Shown here: piece after piece, positions 1 to 8,760 of the stretch
Layout: every line of letters starts with the position of its first letter
How positions within the stretch are numbered: the stretch's first letter is position 1
From: Methyloceanibacter sp.
Lineage (GTDB): Bacteria; Pseudomonadota; Alphaproteobacteria; Rhizobiales; Methyloligellaceae
DNA: 64,000 nt
Direction of reading: 5' to 3'
Assembly (NCBI RefSeq): GCF_041573655.1
Contig: NZ_JBFFQD010000002.1
Span: 28,062 to 92,061, forward strand
Program-made: the position numbers and the translations under genes
Notes under the pieces: generated by a model
The model's input: only the letters and a program-made list of their open reading frames with translations
Database searches by the model: none
What the model was told of the DNA's origin: nothing

Positions 1-446
1 AGAGCGCCGTGGACACGCTCAAGACCATGCTGATGCCGTGCGCCACGCTGGTGACGCCCAACCTGTTCGAAGCGGCCTTGCTGACCAGCGAGGAGAAGGC
101 CCGCAGCGTGGACGCCATGGCCGAACAAGCGTGGATGCTGCGCGGCCTCGGCGCCAAAGCCGTGCTCGTCAAAGGCGGGCATCTCGACGGCGAAGCCATC
201 GACGTGCTGTTGAGCAATGACGGCGTAGAACGCCTCGAAGCGCCCCGGCATGAGACCGGGAATACGCACGGCACGGGCTGCACCCTGTCCTCTGCCATCG
301 CCGCGGGGCTCGCGCATGGCAAGCCGCTGGAGAAGGCGGTGAAGGACGCGAAGGTCTATGTCACCGCGGCGATCATCGCCGCCGACGAGATCGCAGTGGG
401 GAAGGGCCGGGGGCCACTTCACCACTTCCATGCACTGTGGCCGTAG
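1..446 (+). CDS. thiD: Hydroxymethylpyrimidine/phosphomethylpyrimidine kinase, C-terminal part (5' end lies outside the window)
   Basis: ORF 9..446 is open to the window edge. It carries ThiD/PfkB-type motifs VKGGH and GTGCTLSSAIAAGLA. Confidence 0.8.
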   Translation, partial: SAVDTLKTMLMPCATLVTPNLFEAALLTSEEKARSVDAMAEQAWMLRGLGAKAVLVKGGHLDGEAIDVLLSNDGVERLEAPRHETGNTHGTGCTLSSAIAAGLAHGKPLEKAVKDAKVYVTAAIIAADEIAVGKGRGPLHHFHALWP

Positions 447-458
447 CCGTAAAGGGCG

Positions 459-1304
459 CTAGCCGTCGGCGACGACTTTGAGCTTCTGTTCGCCGAGGCC
501 TTGGACGTGGAGCACCATCTCGTCGCCAGGCTTAATAAAGACGCGAGGTTTGCGTGCCATGCCGACGCCGGGCGGCGTGCCGGTGGTGATCACGTCGCCG
601 GGCATCAGCGTCATATAGGTGCTGATATAGCTGACGAGGTCGGCGACGGTGAAAATCATGGTCTCGGTATTGCCCGTCTGCATGCGCTCCCCGTTGAGGT
701 CCATGGTGAGATCGAGCGCTTGCGGATCCGTAACCTCGTCCGTGGTGACGAGCCAAGGGCCTAAGGGTCCGAAGCTGTCATAGCTCTTGGCTTTCATCCA
801 TTCGCCGGGTCCGCCTTTTTGCAGACTGCGCTCGGAGACATCGTTGCAGATGCAATAGCCGGCCACGTAGTCAAGCGCGTCGTCTTTCGAGACGCGCTTG
901 GCGGGCGTGCCGATGACCACCGCGAGCTCCACCTCGTAGTCCATGCGCTGGAAGTCCGGCGGCGCCAGCACCGGATCGGTGGGCCCGGAGACGCAGGAGT
1001 TCGCCTTGCAAAACACGATGGGGACTTCGGGAATGTCCATGCCGGTCTCTTCGGCGTGGTCGCGATAGTTGAGGCCGATGCCAAGAAATTTCGGCACGAC
1101 GCCGATGGGCGGACCAAGCCTGGGGTTCCCCTCGACCAGCGGCAGCGTTTCCGGATCGATCGCCTTGAGACGGTCAAGGCTCACGCGGCCAAGCGCATCC
1201 CCGGCAAGATCGCCGATCTCCCCGGACAGGTCGCGGATCAGCCCCTTGGCATCTAGAACGCCCGGCTTTTCCGCCCCGGGTGCGCCAAAACGTACAAGCT
1301 TCAT
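459..1304 (-). CDS. Fumarylacetoacetate hydrolase (FAH) family protein
   Basis: Within ORF 459..1340, an internal ATG at 1304 is preceded by a GGGGGAAG Shine-Dalgarno. FAH-fold motifs are present: GLNYRDHAEE, DYEVELAVVIG, TGTPPGVG. Confidence 0.8.
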   Translation of the reverse strand: MKLVRFGAPGAEKPGVLDAKGLIRDLSGEIGDLAGDALGRVSLDRLKAIDPETLPLVEGNPRLGPPIGVVPKFLGIGLNYRDHAEETGMDIPEVPIVFCKANSCVSGPTDPVLAPPDFQRMDYEVELAVVIGTPAKRVSKDDALDYVAGYCICNDVSERSLQKGGPGEWMKAKSYDSFGPLGPWLVTTDEVTDPQALDLTMDLNGERMQTGNTETMIFTVADLVSYISTYMTLMPGDVITTGTPPGVGMARKPRVFIKPGDEMVLHVQGLGEQKLKVVADG

Positions 1305-1421
1305 TGTCTTCCCCCAGCCATGATTTTCTGCATGATGCACGCGTGGCGATGGGGCGGCAACGGCCTGCCCGCTTGTCTCCCGCGCAACGCCAATCCCGAA
1401 AGACGAAAGGTGCCGGTTCCG

Positions 1422-1925
1422 ATGAGACTTCGTTTGCGTTCGCCTCGCCTCGGGACCTTGATTGCCGTCTTTCTCGCAAACGCCCTGACTGTCCTATCCG
1501 CGCTGCCGGCGTCCGCCAACCCGTATCAGCAGTTGGATGGCGCTTGGACCGGGAGCGGGACAGTGACCCCGTTGAAAGGGGCGCCAGAGAAGGTCAGCTG
1601 CAACACCACCTATAAGACTGAAGGGTCCGTGGTACGGCAGACCGTGCGCTGCGCGAGCGCGAGCCACGCTTTCGCCGGGAATCTGGAACTGACCTATGAG
1701 GGCGGCCGGATCCGCGGCGCCTGGCGTGAGCAGGTCCATGGCGCCTCCGGCGACGTCAGCGGCACGGCCAACGGCAGCTCCATCCGCGCGCGCCTCAGCG
1801 GCCAGACCTTCTCAGGCCGCATGCGCATCGATGTCGATGGGCCCAAACACACGATCGAGATCGTCCAGCGCGACACCGGATCGGGCGCTTATCGTCCCGT
1901 CGCCTCGATCTCGTTGCACCGCTAG
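1422..1925 (+). CDS. Hypothetical exported protein
   Basis: Within ORF 1320..1925, the ATG at 1422 begins a Sec-type signal peptide (MRLRLRSPRLGTLIAVFLANALTVLSALPASA). I recognise no family. Confidence 0.5.
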   Translation: MRLRLRSPRLGTLIAVFLANALTVLSALPASANPYQQLDGAWTGSGTVTPLKGAPEKVSCNTTYKTEGSVVRQTVRCASASHAFAGNLELTYEGGRIRGAWREQVHGASGDVSGTANGSSIRARLSGQTFSGRMRIDVDGPKHTIEIVQRDTGSGAYRPVASISLHR

Positions 1926-2395
1926 AGTCACCTGTGGCGGCTGCGCCAAGGCCGTTGCTGAATTGCCACAAAGCCTCACAAAGTTTCCCCCAAACGGGTG
2001 CAGCCACGGCCCCCCGCGAGGGTGCAGCGATGCGCGTTGCAGCCCGCCTGGGGCGCCTCGGAAGCAACATAATATGTTGAAATACAATAATAAAACCAGG
2101 TGACGCGCCGCGCCGGTCAAGCCGCTTTGCATTTCCGCAACAGTGCGGCGACGATTTGCGTTTCGCCCCTCGCGCATTGTTGAAGCGCGCGCCGGGGCTC
2201 GCTAGCTTTTCATCACAACACGGGGGAAGGGGCTGGGGGGCTTTCTTCTCACCGGAACGAAAGCAAGAGCAAGGTTGCCGACGAGCCGAAGCAAGAACCA
2301 AGACCAAGAAAGACGGCGCAGAAAAAATGGGGGGGCGAGTCGAAGCCCGCTGTAAAGGTTTAGGCCTTTCGCGTTCGGCTCGTTTCGCAGGGAAG

Positions 2396-2429
2396 ACCGG
2401 CCCGGCTTTGTCCGGGCCGGTTCTTTTTT
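2396..2429 (+). terminator. Rho-independent terminator, + strand oriented, with no + strand CDS immediately upstream
   Basis: About 10-bp GC-rich stem ACCGGCCCGG / CCGGGCCGGT with a 6-nt loop, followed by TCTTTTTT. On the - strand the hairpin is followed by CTTCCCTG, which has no U tract. Confidence 0.6.
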
Positions 2430-2438
2430 GGCACCAGG

Positions 2439-3308
2439 TCAAAGTCCGAGCTTCGTCAGCGTCGTCTCAACGCGCCCCAAATAGCTCCCCCCGAACAGCC
2501 GCACATGCACGAGCGTGGGATAGAGATTGTAGAGATCCCGCCGCAGCTCGTGGAACCCCGGCTCCAGCGGCGACATCCCCTCATAGGCCTCGAAGAACGC
2601 ATCGCCGAACGTCCCGAACATCGTCGTGAAGGCGAGCTCGATCTCCGGATGGCCGCAATAGATCGCCGGATCGACGAACCCGGCGATGCGGTTTCCGCAC
2701 ACGAGCACGTTCCCGGTCCATAGATCGCCGTGCAGCAGACTGGGGAAGGGCGGCTCGGTCAGAAAGTCCTCGAGCTTTGATGCGAGCGTTTCGATGCGGC
2801 CATAGAGCGCGGCCGGCAGCCGGCCTTCGTCCTTTGCTGCGCGCGCCATATAGAGGAGCCGCTCGTCGCGGAAGAACGGGATCCAGCATTGGCTTTGCGG
2901 GTTGGGCTGGTGCAGGGGGCCGATCAGCGTGTCCCGCGCATAGCCGAAGCCGTCCCGCGGCGTGGCATGGAGTGCGGCAATGAGCCTCGCGGCATCGCGC
3001 TCTACGTTGGCGGTGATCGTCCCGCCGTCCGTCTCGATGAAGTCCATGACAAGGAGGTCGGGCTCGGCCGCATGAACCTGCGGAACGGGCAAGTCCGACG
3101 TCCGCGAAAGCTCGCCGAGCATATAGCCTTCGAGCGCAAGCGACGGCCCGGAGCGCGCGTTGTCCTTCGCCTTCACCGCCACATGCCGGCCGTCTTGGAG
3201 CCGCGCGGACAGGCCGGTCAGACCGAATCCCACTGGCAATGGCGCGGTGTCGACGACGCCCGAGCCGAGCGCCCCCTCAAGCCGTATACGCAAATCGCCG
3301 TTGGTCAT
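2439..3308 (-). CDS. Fructosamine kinase family protein (aminoglycoside-phosphotransferase fold)
   Basis: 289-aa ORF with an ATG start. It has the catalytic-loop motif LLHGDLWTGNVL and DPAIYCGHPEIELA, typical of fructosamine-3-kinase-like kinases. Confidence 0.8.
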   Translation of the reverse strand: MTNGDLRIRLEGALGSGVVDTAPLPVGFGLTGLSARLQDGRHVAVKAKDNARSGPSLALEGYMLGELSRTSDLPVPQVHAAEPDLLVMDFIETDGGTITANVERDAARLIAALHATPRDGFGYARDTLIGPLHQPNPQSQCWIPFFRDERLLYMARAAKDEGRLPAALYGRIETLASKLEDFLTEPPFPSLLHGDLWTGNVLVCGNRIAGFVDPAIYCGHPEIELAFTTMFGTFGDAFFEAYEGMSPLEPGFHELRRDLYNLYPTLVHVRLFGGSYLGRVETTLTKLGL

Positions 3309-3383
3309 CGCCGTTTACCAAGTCCTTAAGCAGTCGCCAGTGTCACATCCCTGATACTAAATCACCTTAGATCGCGGTTTATC

Positions 3384-4214
3384 GTGCTGAACACTCGAAT
3401 AGACGATTACACGCAGCCAGACGCCGAGCAGAGGCGTTATCGCGCGCTGTTTATTTCCGACATTCATCTTGGCACCAAGGCCTGTCAGGCCGAAGCCTTC
3501 CTAGACTTCTTGCGCTACCACGACGCGCCCCGGTTCTACCTGGTCGGCGATATCGTCGATTTCTGGCGCATCCGGCGCGGGGTCTACTGGCCGCAAGCCC
3601 ACAACGATGTCTTGCAGAAGCTGCTCCGCAAGGTCCGCAAAGGGACCGAGCTCGTTTACATCCCCGGGAATCACGACGAGGTCATGCGGGAGTATTGCGG
3701 CTCGCAATTCGGCGGCATCGCCATTGAGCGCCAGACGATCCATACGGGCGCGGACGGACGGCGCTATCTGATCATGCATGGCGACGAGTTCGACGTGGTC
3801 GTGCGCTACGCCAAGTGGCTCGCCTTCTTGGGCGACTGGAGCTACACGGCGGCGCTTTGGTTCAACACGCACCTCAATGCCGTGCGCCGCTGGTTCGGCA
3901 TGCCGTATTGGTCGCTCTCGGCCTATCTGAAGCACAAGGTCAAGCGGGCGGTGAATTACATCGGCGAGTTCGAGCAAGCGTTGTCGCAAGAGGCCCGCCG
4001 CAATGGCGCCCAAGGCGTGCTCTGCGGGCACATCCATCACGCCGCCATGCGTCAGGTCGGCGACGTCGTCTACATCAATACCGGTGACTGGGTCGAAAGC
4101 TGTACGGCGGTGGGCGAGACGGAGGAGGGTGTCTTCGAGATCATCCACTGGAATCCGCACACCGGCGTTCGGACGTCGGGAACGCCGGCCAAGGAGTTTG
4201 AGGCCGCAGCTTGA
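3384..4214 (+). CDS. LpxH-family calcineurin-like metallophosphoesterase (UDP-2,3-diacylglucosamine diphosphatase-like)
   Basis: GTG start. The metallophosphoesterase motif series is SDIHLG, GDIVD, GNHD, HGD, GHIHH. Confidence 0.7.
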   Translation: MLNTRIDDYTQPDAEQRRYRALFISDIHLGTKACQAEAFLDFLRYHDAPRFYLVGDIVDFWRIRRGVYWPQAHNDVLQKLLRKVRKGTELVYIPGNHDEVMREYCGSQFGGIAIERQTIHTGADGRRYLIMHGDEFDVVVRYAKWLAFLGDWSYTAALWFNTHLNAVRRWFGMPYWSLSAYLKHKVKRAVNYIGEFEQALSQEARRNGAQGVLCGHIHHAAMRQVGDVVYINTGDWVESCTAVGETEEGVFEIIHWNPHTGVRTSGTPAKEFEAAA

Positions 4215-5389
4215 TGCGCATCCTCGTTGCCACCGACGCCTGGTTTCCCAAGGTGAATGGAGTTGTCCGCACCTATGAGCGGCTTGCGCAAGAGCTTCCG
4301 AAGCTTGGCGCCGATATCAGCTTTCTCACACCCGCCCCGTTCTACACGCTGCCTTGCCCCACCTATCCGGAGATCAGGCTATCGCTGGTCAGCCCAAGCA
4401 TGGTGGCGCGCCATATCGAAGAGGCGCGGCCGGACTTCATCCATATCGCCACGGAGGGGCCGATAGGGCTGATGGCCAGGGGCTACTGCCGCAAGATTAA
4501 GCGCCCCTTCACCACGAGCTACCACACACGCTTTCCTGAATATGTTTCGGCGCGCCTGCCGATCCCCGAGTCTTGGTGCTACGCCTTCCAGCGCCAGTTC
4601 CATAACAGCGGCGCGGGGCTGTTCGTGGCGACCCAGTCGGTCGAAGACGATCTCAAGGAAAAGGGTTTCGCGCGCATGATGCGCTGGTCCCGTGGCGTCG
4701 ACCTGGAACTCTACCGGCCGCGCGACGTGCGGCTCTTCGGCGATGAGCCCGTGTTCCTCTATGTGGGCCGCATTTCGGTGGAGAAGAACATCAAGGCCTT
4801 TCTCGATCTGGAGCTTCCGGGGCGGAAGGTCGTGGTCGGCGGCGGCCCCCAGTTGAACGATCTCAAGCGTCAATATCCCGACGTGCTATTCACCGGTCCA
4901 AAGGAGGGCGAGGCGCTGGCGGAAGCCTATGCCTCGGCGGATGTGTTCGTGTTCCCAAGCCTGACCGACACGTTCGGTCTGGTGCTGCTGGAGGCCTTGG
5001 CGTGCGGTGTACCCGTCGCGGCCTATCCCGTCAGCGGGCCCAAGGACGTGCTGACAGACCCCGCTTGCGGGGTCGTGGGGCCTGACCTCCAGGCGGCGGC
5101 GCTTCAGGCGCTGGACCTCGACCGCGAGGCGGCACGCGAGCATGCGCTGCTCTATAGCTGGGAAAACTCGGCGCAGCAGTTCGTGGACAATGTGCTGTCG
5201 GCCCACAATCTCGGCCTGCCGGAACGGCGGCGGCTCCTGCCGCGCTTGCGCGGACGGCGAAGCGCGCGGAAGGCAAAAAAGAAAAAAACGGCCCAGGTGG
5301 GGGGAACCCGGGCCGCTTCATTCTCATGCGTCAGTTTGGGGGACGCTTTGGGGGATCTTGCGTCTACCCGGAGATGGTTAGGGGCCTGA
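4214..5389 (+). CDS. Glycosyltransferase, GT4/GT-B family
   Basis: The ATG at 4214 overlaps the upstream TGA (TGATG). The N-terminus is MRILVATDAWFPKVNGV and the C-terminal EX7E-type motif is FVFPSLTDTFGLVLLEALACGVPV. The Lys-rich C-terminal tail is of doubtful significance. Confidence 0.8.
   Translation: MRILVATDAWFPKVNGVVRTYERLAQELPKLGADISFLTPAPFYTLPCPTYPEIRLSLVSPSMVARHIEEARPDFIHIATEGPIGLMARGYCRKIKRPFTTSYHTRFPEYVSARLPIPESWCYAFQRQFHNSGAGLFVATQSVEDDLKEKGFARMMRWSRGVDLELYRPRDVRLFGDEPVFLYVGRISVEKNIKAFLDLELPGRKVVVGGGPQLNDLKRQYPDVLFTGPKEGEALAEAYASADVFVFPSLTDTFGLVLLEALACGVPVAAYPVSGPKDVLTDPACGVVGPDLQAAALQALDLDREAAREHALLYSWENSAQQFVDNVLSAHNLGLPERRRLLPRLRGRRSARKAKKKKTAQVGGTRAASFSCVSLGDALGDLASTRRWLGA
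5275..5315 (-). terminator. Rho-independent terminator for the - strand CheZ-like gene
   Basis: - strand hairpin CGGCCCGGG / CCTGGGCCG (+ coordinates 5289-5315) is followed on the - strand by TTTTTTTCTTTTTT (5275-5288). It lies inside the tail of the convergent GT4 ORF. Confidence 0.6.
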
Positions 5390-5476
5390 ATCTTTTCAAG
5401 GTGAGGGTGCCGACTTTTTGCCCGCCGGACGCTAACCTACTGATTCAATAGCAAAAAAATCGACGAAAAAGTGTGG

Positions 5477-6388
5477 CTAGCCGAACAGGGCGGCCCGCTT
5501 GACCCAGTGAAGCTGGGGCACGACCAGCGGCTCCGGTCGCTCGAAGCGCTCGCCGCCACGAGCTTCGCCAGCAGGGGCTTCGCCGCGAGTGGCTTCGGGC
5601 CGCATGTGAGGCTCCGGAGCTGGCTCTGGGGCCTGCGCCGGGGCGGCGTCCGGGCCCTTTTCCGGTTGGCTCAGGGCCCGATCCACGTCGTCCTGCCGCA
5701 GCCCGGCCCCCTCGCCTTGAGGACCGTTCAGCAGGCCGGCCTCCACAGGCGGGCTCATCTTGTGGGCAATGTCATGCGCGCCCCAGATATCGATCACGGC
5801 GTTGATGCGCTGTTCGATGAGACGCAAAGTGCGCACGACTTTGGCCACGCGCTGTCCCGTGATGTCTTGGAACGAGCAAGCGGTGTAGATGTCGATCGCG
5901 TGCTTGTCGAGCCTGTCGCCGAGCTCCGGCGAGACGCCATTCTCGCGCAGCGTCCAGGCGACTTCCTGGATGTCCTCGGCTGCGGACAAAATCTCAGAGG
6001 TTGCCTTCTCGGTGGTCTCGACGATCTGATCGAGCTCTTCCGTCGCGTTTGAGAGTTCCGCGTCGACGTCGGCCGGACGGAGCTGCGCGATCTCAGCCCG
6101 TGCACGCGAAATCGCGGCGCTGATCTTCACGAGCTCGCCGAGTACGCTTGTCAGCCCTGCCTGATGCTTCGGCTTGAGCATGGCCCTTTCAAGCCGGGCG
6201 ATGGCGTCGAGCATGAGTTGCGTCTCGGGCATGCGGTGCCGGCGCATGTACTCCGATAAGAACCAGCGTCCGAGCGGCGTTCCGCTCAATGTTGCCTCAA
6301 GAGCAGCGTATTGCTCCGCCAGGCCACGTATGGGCCGCGTTGGCATTCGCCGCGATGTATCGGCGCCTTTTGGAGCTCGTTCCGGCAT
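5477..6388 (-). CDS. CheZ-family CheY-P phosphatase-like protein
   Basis: Active-site helix motif ACSFQDITGQRV (the D and Q of the CheZ FQDLTGQ signature). The N-terminal region is long and the C-terminal region Pro/Ala-rich. The start is uncertain (ATG at 6388 or 6346). Confidence 0.6.
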   Translation of the reverse strand: MPERAPKGADTSRRMPTRPIRGLAEQYAALEATLSGTPLGRWFLSEYMRRHRMPETQLMLDAIARLERAMLKPKHQAGLTSVLGELVKISAAISRARAEIAQLRPADVDAELSNATEELDQIVETTEKATSEILSAAEDIQEVAWTLRENGVSPELGDRLDKHAIDIYTACSFQDITGQRVAKVVRTLRLIEQRINAVIDIWGAHDIAHKMSPPVEAGLLNGPQGEGAGLRQDDVDRALSQPEKGPDAAPAQAPEPAPEPHMRPEATRGEAPAGEARGGERFERPEPLVVPQLHWVKRAALFG

Positions 6389-6463
6389 GGTGATGGCGAA
6401 GCTATCTGATTCGGAGTAAGGCCCGAACGTAGCAACCGCGCCGCAAGGGAGTCGTTAACGTCT

Positions 6464-7702
6464 TTGGCGAACCACGCCACATCGTCGCCCTCACTCGCAT
6501 GGCGGCTCGGCTTTCTCTATGCCGCGCTATTCCTGGTTATCGGCTGCTACCTGCCTTACATGCCGGTGTGGCTAAGCTGGCGGACGCTGAGTGCGGACCA
6601 GATCGCCATTCTTTTGGCGACGCCGCTCTATATCCGCATCGTGTTTACCCCCGTCATCAGCTTTGTGGCGGACCTGCTCGGCAACCGGCGCGGAATTGTA
6701 ATTGCGCTCGCCTGGGGGTCGCTGGGCTCGTTCGCCCTGCTTTGGGTGTCCGACGGATTTTGGCAGATGATGCTCGCCATCGCGCTGCTGGCCGTCAACT
6801 GGACGACGATCATGCCGCTCGTCGAGACGATCGCGATCAGCGGTATCCGCAAGAGCGGGCTCGACTATGGGCGCGTGCGGTTGTGGGGCTCGTTGACCTT
6901 CATCGGCGCGAGCCTTGCCGCGGGCATCGTCATTCAGTTTCGGGATGCGGGCACCGTGCTGCCGATGCTCATGACCGCGACGGCGCTTCTGATCTTCGCG
7001 GCGTATCTGGTTCCGCGGGACGTCGAGCCGAAGCGTCAAGGCAGCCCCGTGCGCCGTTTGCGCCTGAGACATGCCTTCGCGCTCGCGCGCGCGCCGCTCT
7101 TTCTGCTGTTTCTACTTGCCGCGGCCATGATCCAAGGCAGCCATGCGCTGCTTTATGCTTTCGGCTCGCTCCATTGGCGCGCGCAAGGCTTCTCCGGCGG
7201 CACGATCGGCGCGTTGTGGTCGATCGGCGTCATCGCCGAAGTGGCGCTGTTCGCGGTCTCAGGCAGGCTCGTGTCCTATGTCGGCAGCACGCGGCTCATG
7301 GTGCTGGCTGGCGGCGCGGCTGTCGTGCGCTGGGCCGTCTTGGCCCTCGATCCGCCGCTTCTAGCCACGGGGCTGGTCCAGACCCTGCACGCCTTGAGCT
7401 TCGGCGCCACCCATCTCGCCGCCATCCATTTCTTGACCCATGCGGTGCCGGAGGATCGTTCCGCCACGGCGCAAGGCCTTTACGCGGCCGTGGTTGCCGG
7501 GCTCGTCTTGGGCTCGGTGACGATCGCCTGCGGTCCGCTTTACGAGGCGTATGGCGGCCAGGCCTATGCGGCCATGGTGCTGCTTGCGGGGATCGGGACG
7601 GCCGCGGCGGCCTTGCTCGGCTGCCACTGGCAGGGCGGGCTTGTCGTGGGCGATCAGCCCCACAGCGCAGGCAAGGGCGTGAAAACCATGCCGTCGCGGT
7701 AG
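6464..7702 (+). CDS. MFS transporter (HcaT / MFS_1_like type)
   Basis: 412-aa ORF with about 12 hydrophobic segments. The N-terminus LGFLYAALFLVIGCYLPYMPVWL is typical of the phenylpropionate-permease-like MFS clade. The only available start appears to be TTG. Confidence 0.7.
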   Translation: MANHATSSPSLAWRLGFLYAALFLVIGCYLPYMPVWLSWRTLSADQIAILLATPLYIRIVFTPVISFVADLLGNRRGIVIALAWGSLGSFALLWVSDGFWQMMLAIALLAVNWTTIMPLVETIAISGIRKSGLDYGRVRLWGSLTFIGASLAAGIVIQFRDAGTVLPMLMTATALLIFAAYLVPRDVEPKRQGSPVRRLRLRHAFALARAPLFLLFLLAAAMIQGSHALLYAFGSLHWRAQGFSGGTIGALWSIGVIAEVALFAVSGRLVSYVGSTRLMVLAGGAAVVRWAVLALDPPLLATGLVQTLHALSFGATHLAAIHFLTHAVPEDRSATAQGLYAAVVAGLVLGSVTIACGPLYEAYGGQAYAAMVLLAGIGTAAAALLGCHWQGGLVVGDQPHSAGKGVKTMPSR

Positions 7703-8667
7703 GTGAGGGCGGCATCCCGGTCGCGCTCCAAGAGCAAGGGGCCGTCTAGGTCCACCCAGTCGGCGTCTTGGGCGAGGAGCAGGGCGGGCGCCATGGCCAG
7801 CGACGTTGCGACCATGCTGCCCACCATGATCTTGAGACCGAGGTCGCGTGCGCGGGCGGCCGTGGCCAACGCTTCGGTGAGACCGCCGGTCTTGTCGAGT
7901 TTGATGTTCACCGCGTCATAGCGGCCGGCCAGCGGCGGAAGCGATGCGCTGTCATGCACGGACTCATCGGCGCAAACCGGGATCGGCCGTTCGATCTCCC
8001 CCAGCATCGCGTCGTTGCCGGCCGGCAGCGGCTGCTCGATCAGTTCCACACCCGCATCCGCCGCTATGGCCAGAAGCGACTCCGTTTCATGGGGTTGCCA
8101 GGCCTCGTTGGCATCGGCGATGAGACGTGCGGTGGGGACGGCCGCGCGCACGGCCTGAAGACGCGCCGTATCGCCCGCGCCGCCGAACTTCAGTTTGAGC
8201 AGCGTATGCGCGGACGCGGCCTTTGCCTCCGCCGCCATGGTGCCGGGATCGCCAAGTGAGATGGTGAAGGCCGTGGGAACGGGCTGAAGGGTCGAAAAAC
8301 CTGCTGCCGTGGCGGCAGGCGTTCCGGACTGCTTCGCCTCCAAGTCCCATAGGGCGCAGTCGAGGGCATTCCGCGCGGCGCCCGCCGGCAGGCGCTTGGT
8401 AAGCGCGGCGCGCGTGAGGCTATGGTTGAGCGCGCAGGCCTCGATGTCGGCCATCACGCCTTCCACGGTCTCGCCATAGCGGGCATATGGCACGCACTCG
8501 CCACGTCCGGTGTGGCGGCCATCGCCGATCTTGGCCACGACCACGTGCGCTTCATGCTTGGACCCGCGGGCGATGGTGAAGCCGCCCCGGATCGGCCAGC
8601 GTTCTTCCCGGAGCTCCAAGGTCAGGCCCCCATTGGTGCCGTTAAGCTCGTCCGGAGAACCCGTCAT
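7654..8667 (-). CDS. Dipeptide epimerase (L-Ala-D/L-Glu epimerase type), enolase superfamily
   Basis: Internal ATG at 8667. Enolase-superfamily catalytic and metal motifs: LKLKFG, ADANEAW, LIEQPL, CADES, NIKLDKTGG. The 3' end overlaps the convergent MFS ORF by 49 nt. Confidence 0.8.
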   Translation of the reverse strand: MTGSPDELNGTNGGLTLELREERWPIRGGFTIARGSKHEAHVVVAKIGDGRHTGRGECVPYARYGETVEGVMADIEACALNHSLTRAALTKRLPAGAARNALDCALWDLEAKQSGTPAATAAGFSTLQPVPTAFTISLGDPGTMAAEAKAASAHTLLKLKFGGAGDTARLQAVRAAVPTARLIADANEAWQPHETESLLAIAADAGVELIEQPLPAGNDAMLGEIERPIPVCADESVHDSASLPPLAGRYDAVNIKLDKTGGLTEALATAARARDLGLKIMVGSMVATSLAMAPALLLAQDADWVDLDGPLLLERDRDAALTYRDGMVFTPLPALWG

Positions 8668-8760
8668 ATCGCCTTTATTTCTCCTAAGGTTTCGTTCAAA
8701 AACAATCGGTATGTCTGACAGCGCGCCACATAAAAGGATGAGCCAGAGTAAGCCCTTACC

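Noticed and set aside
2100-2430. Possibility that the orphan-terminator region is the two-piece alphaproteobacterial tmRNA, RNase P RNA, SRP RNA or 6S RNA
   Set aside because: I could find no ANDN-type tag reading frame, no GAGGAAAGUCC RNase P motif, no SRP domain IV-like GGAA/AGCA symmetric loop and no T-arm/ACCA end. The region remains an unclassified sRNA candidate only.
6499-7749. 416-aa + strand ORF in an alternate frame of the MFS gene
   Set aside because: The translation is Arg/Ala/Gly/Pro-rich and not membrane-like. The other frame (6464-7702) gives 12 hydrophobic segments.
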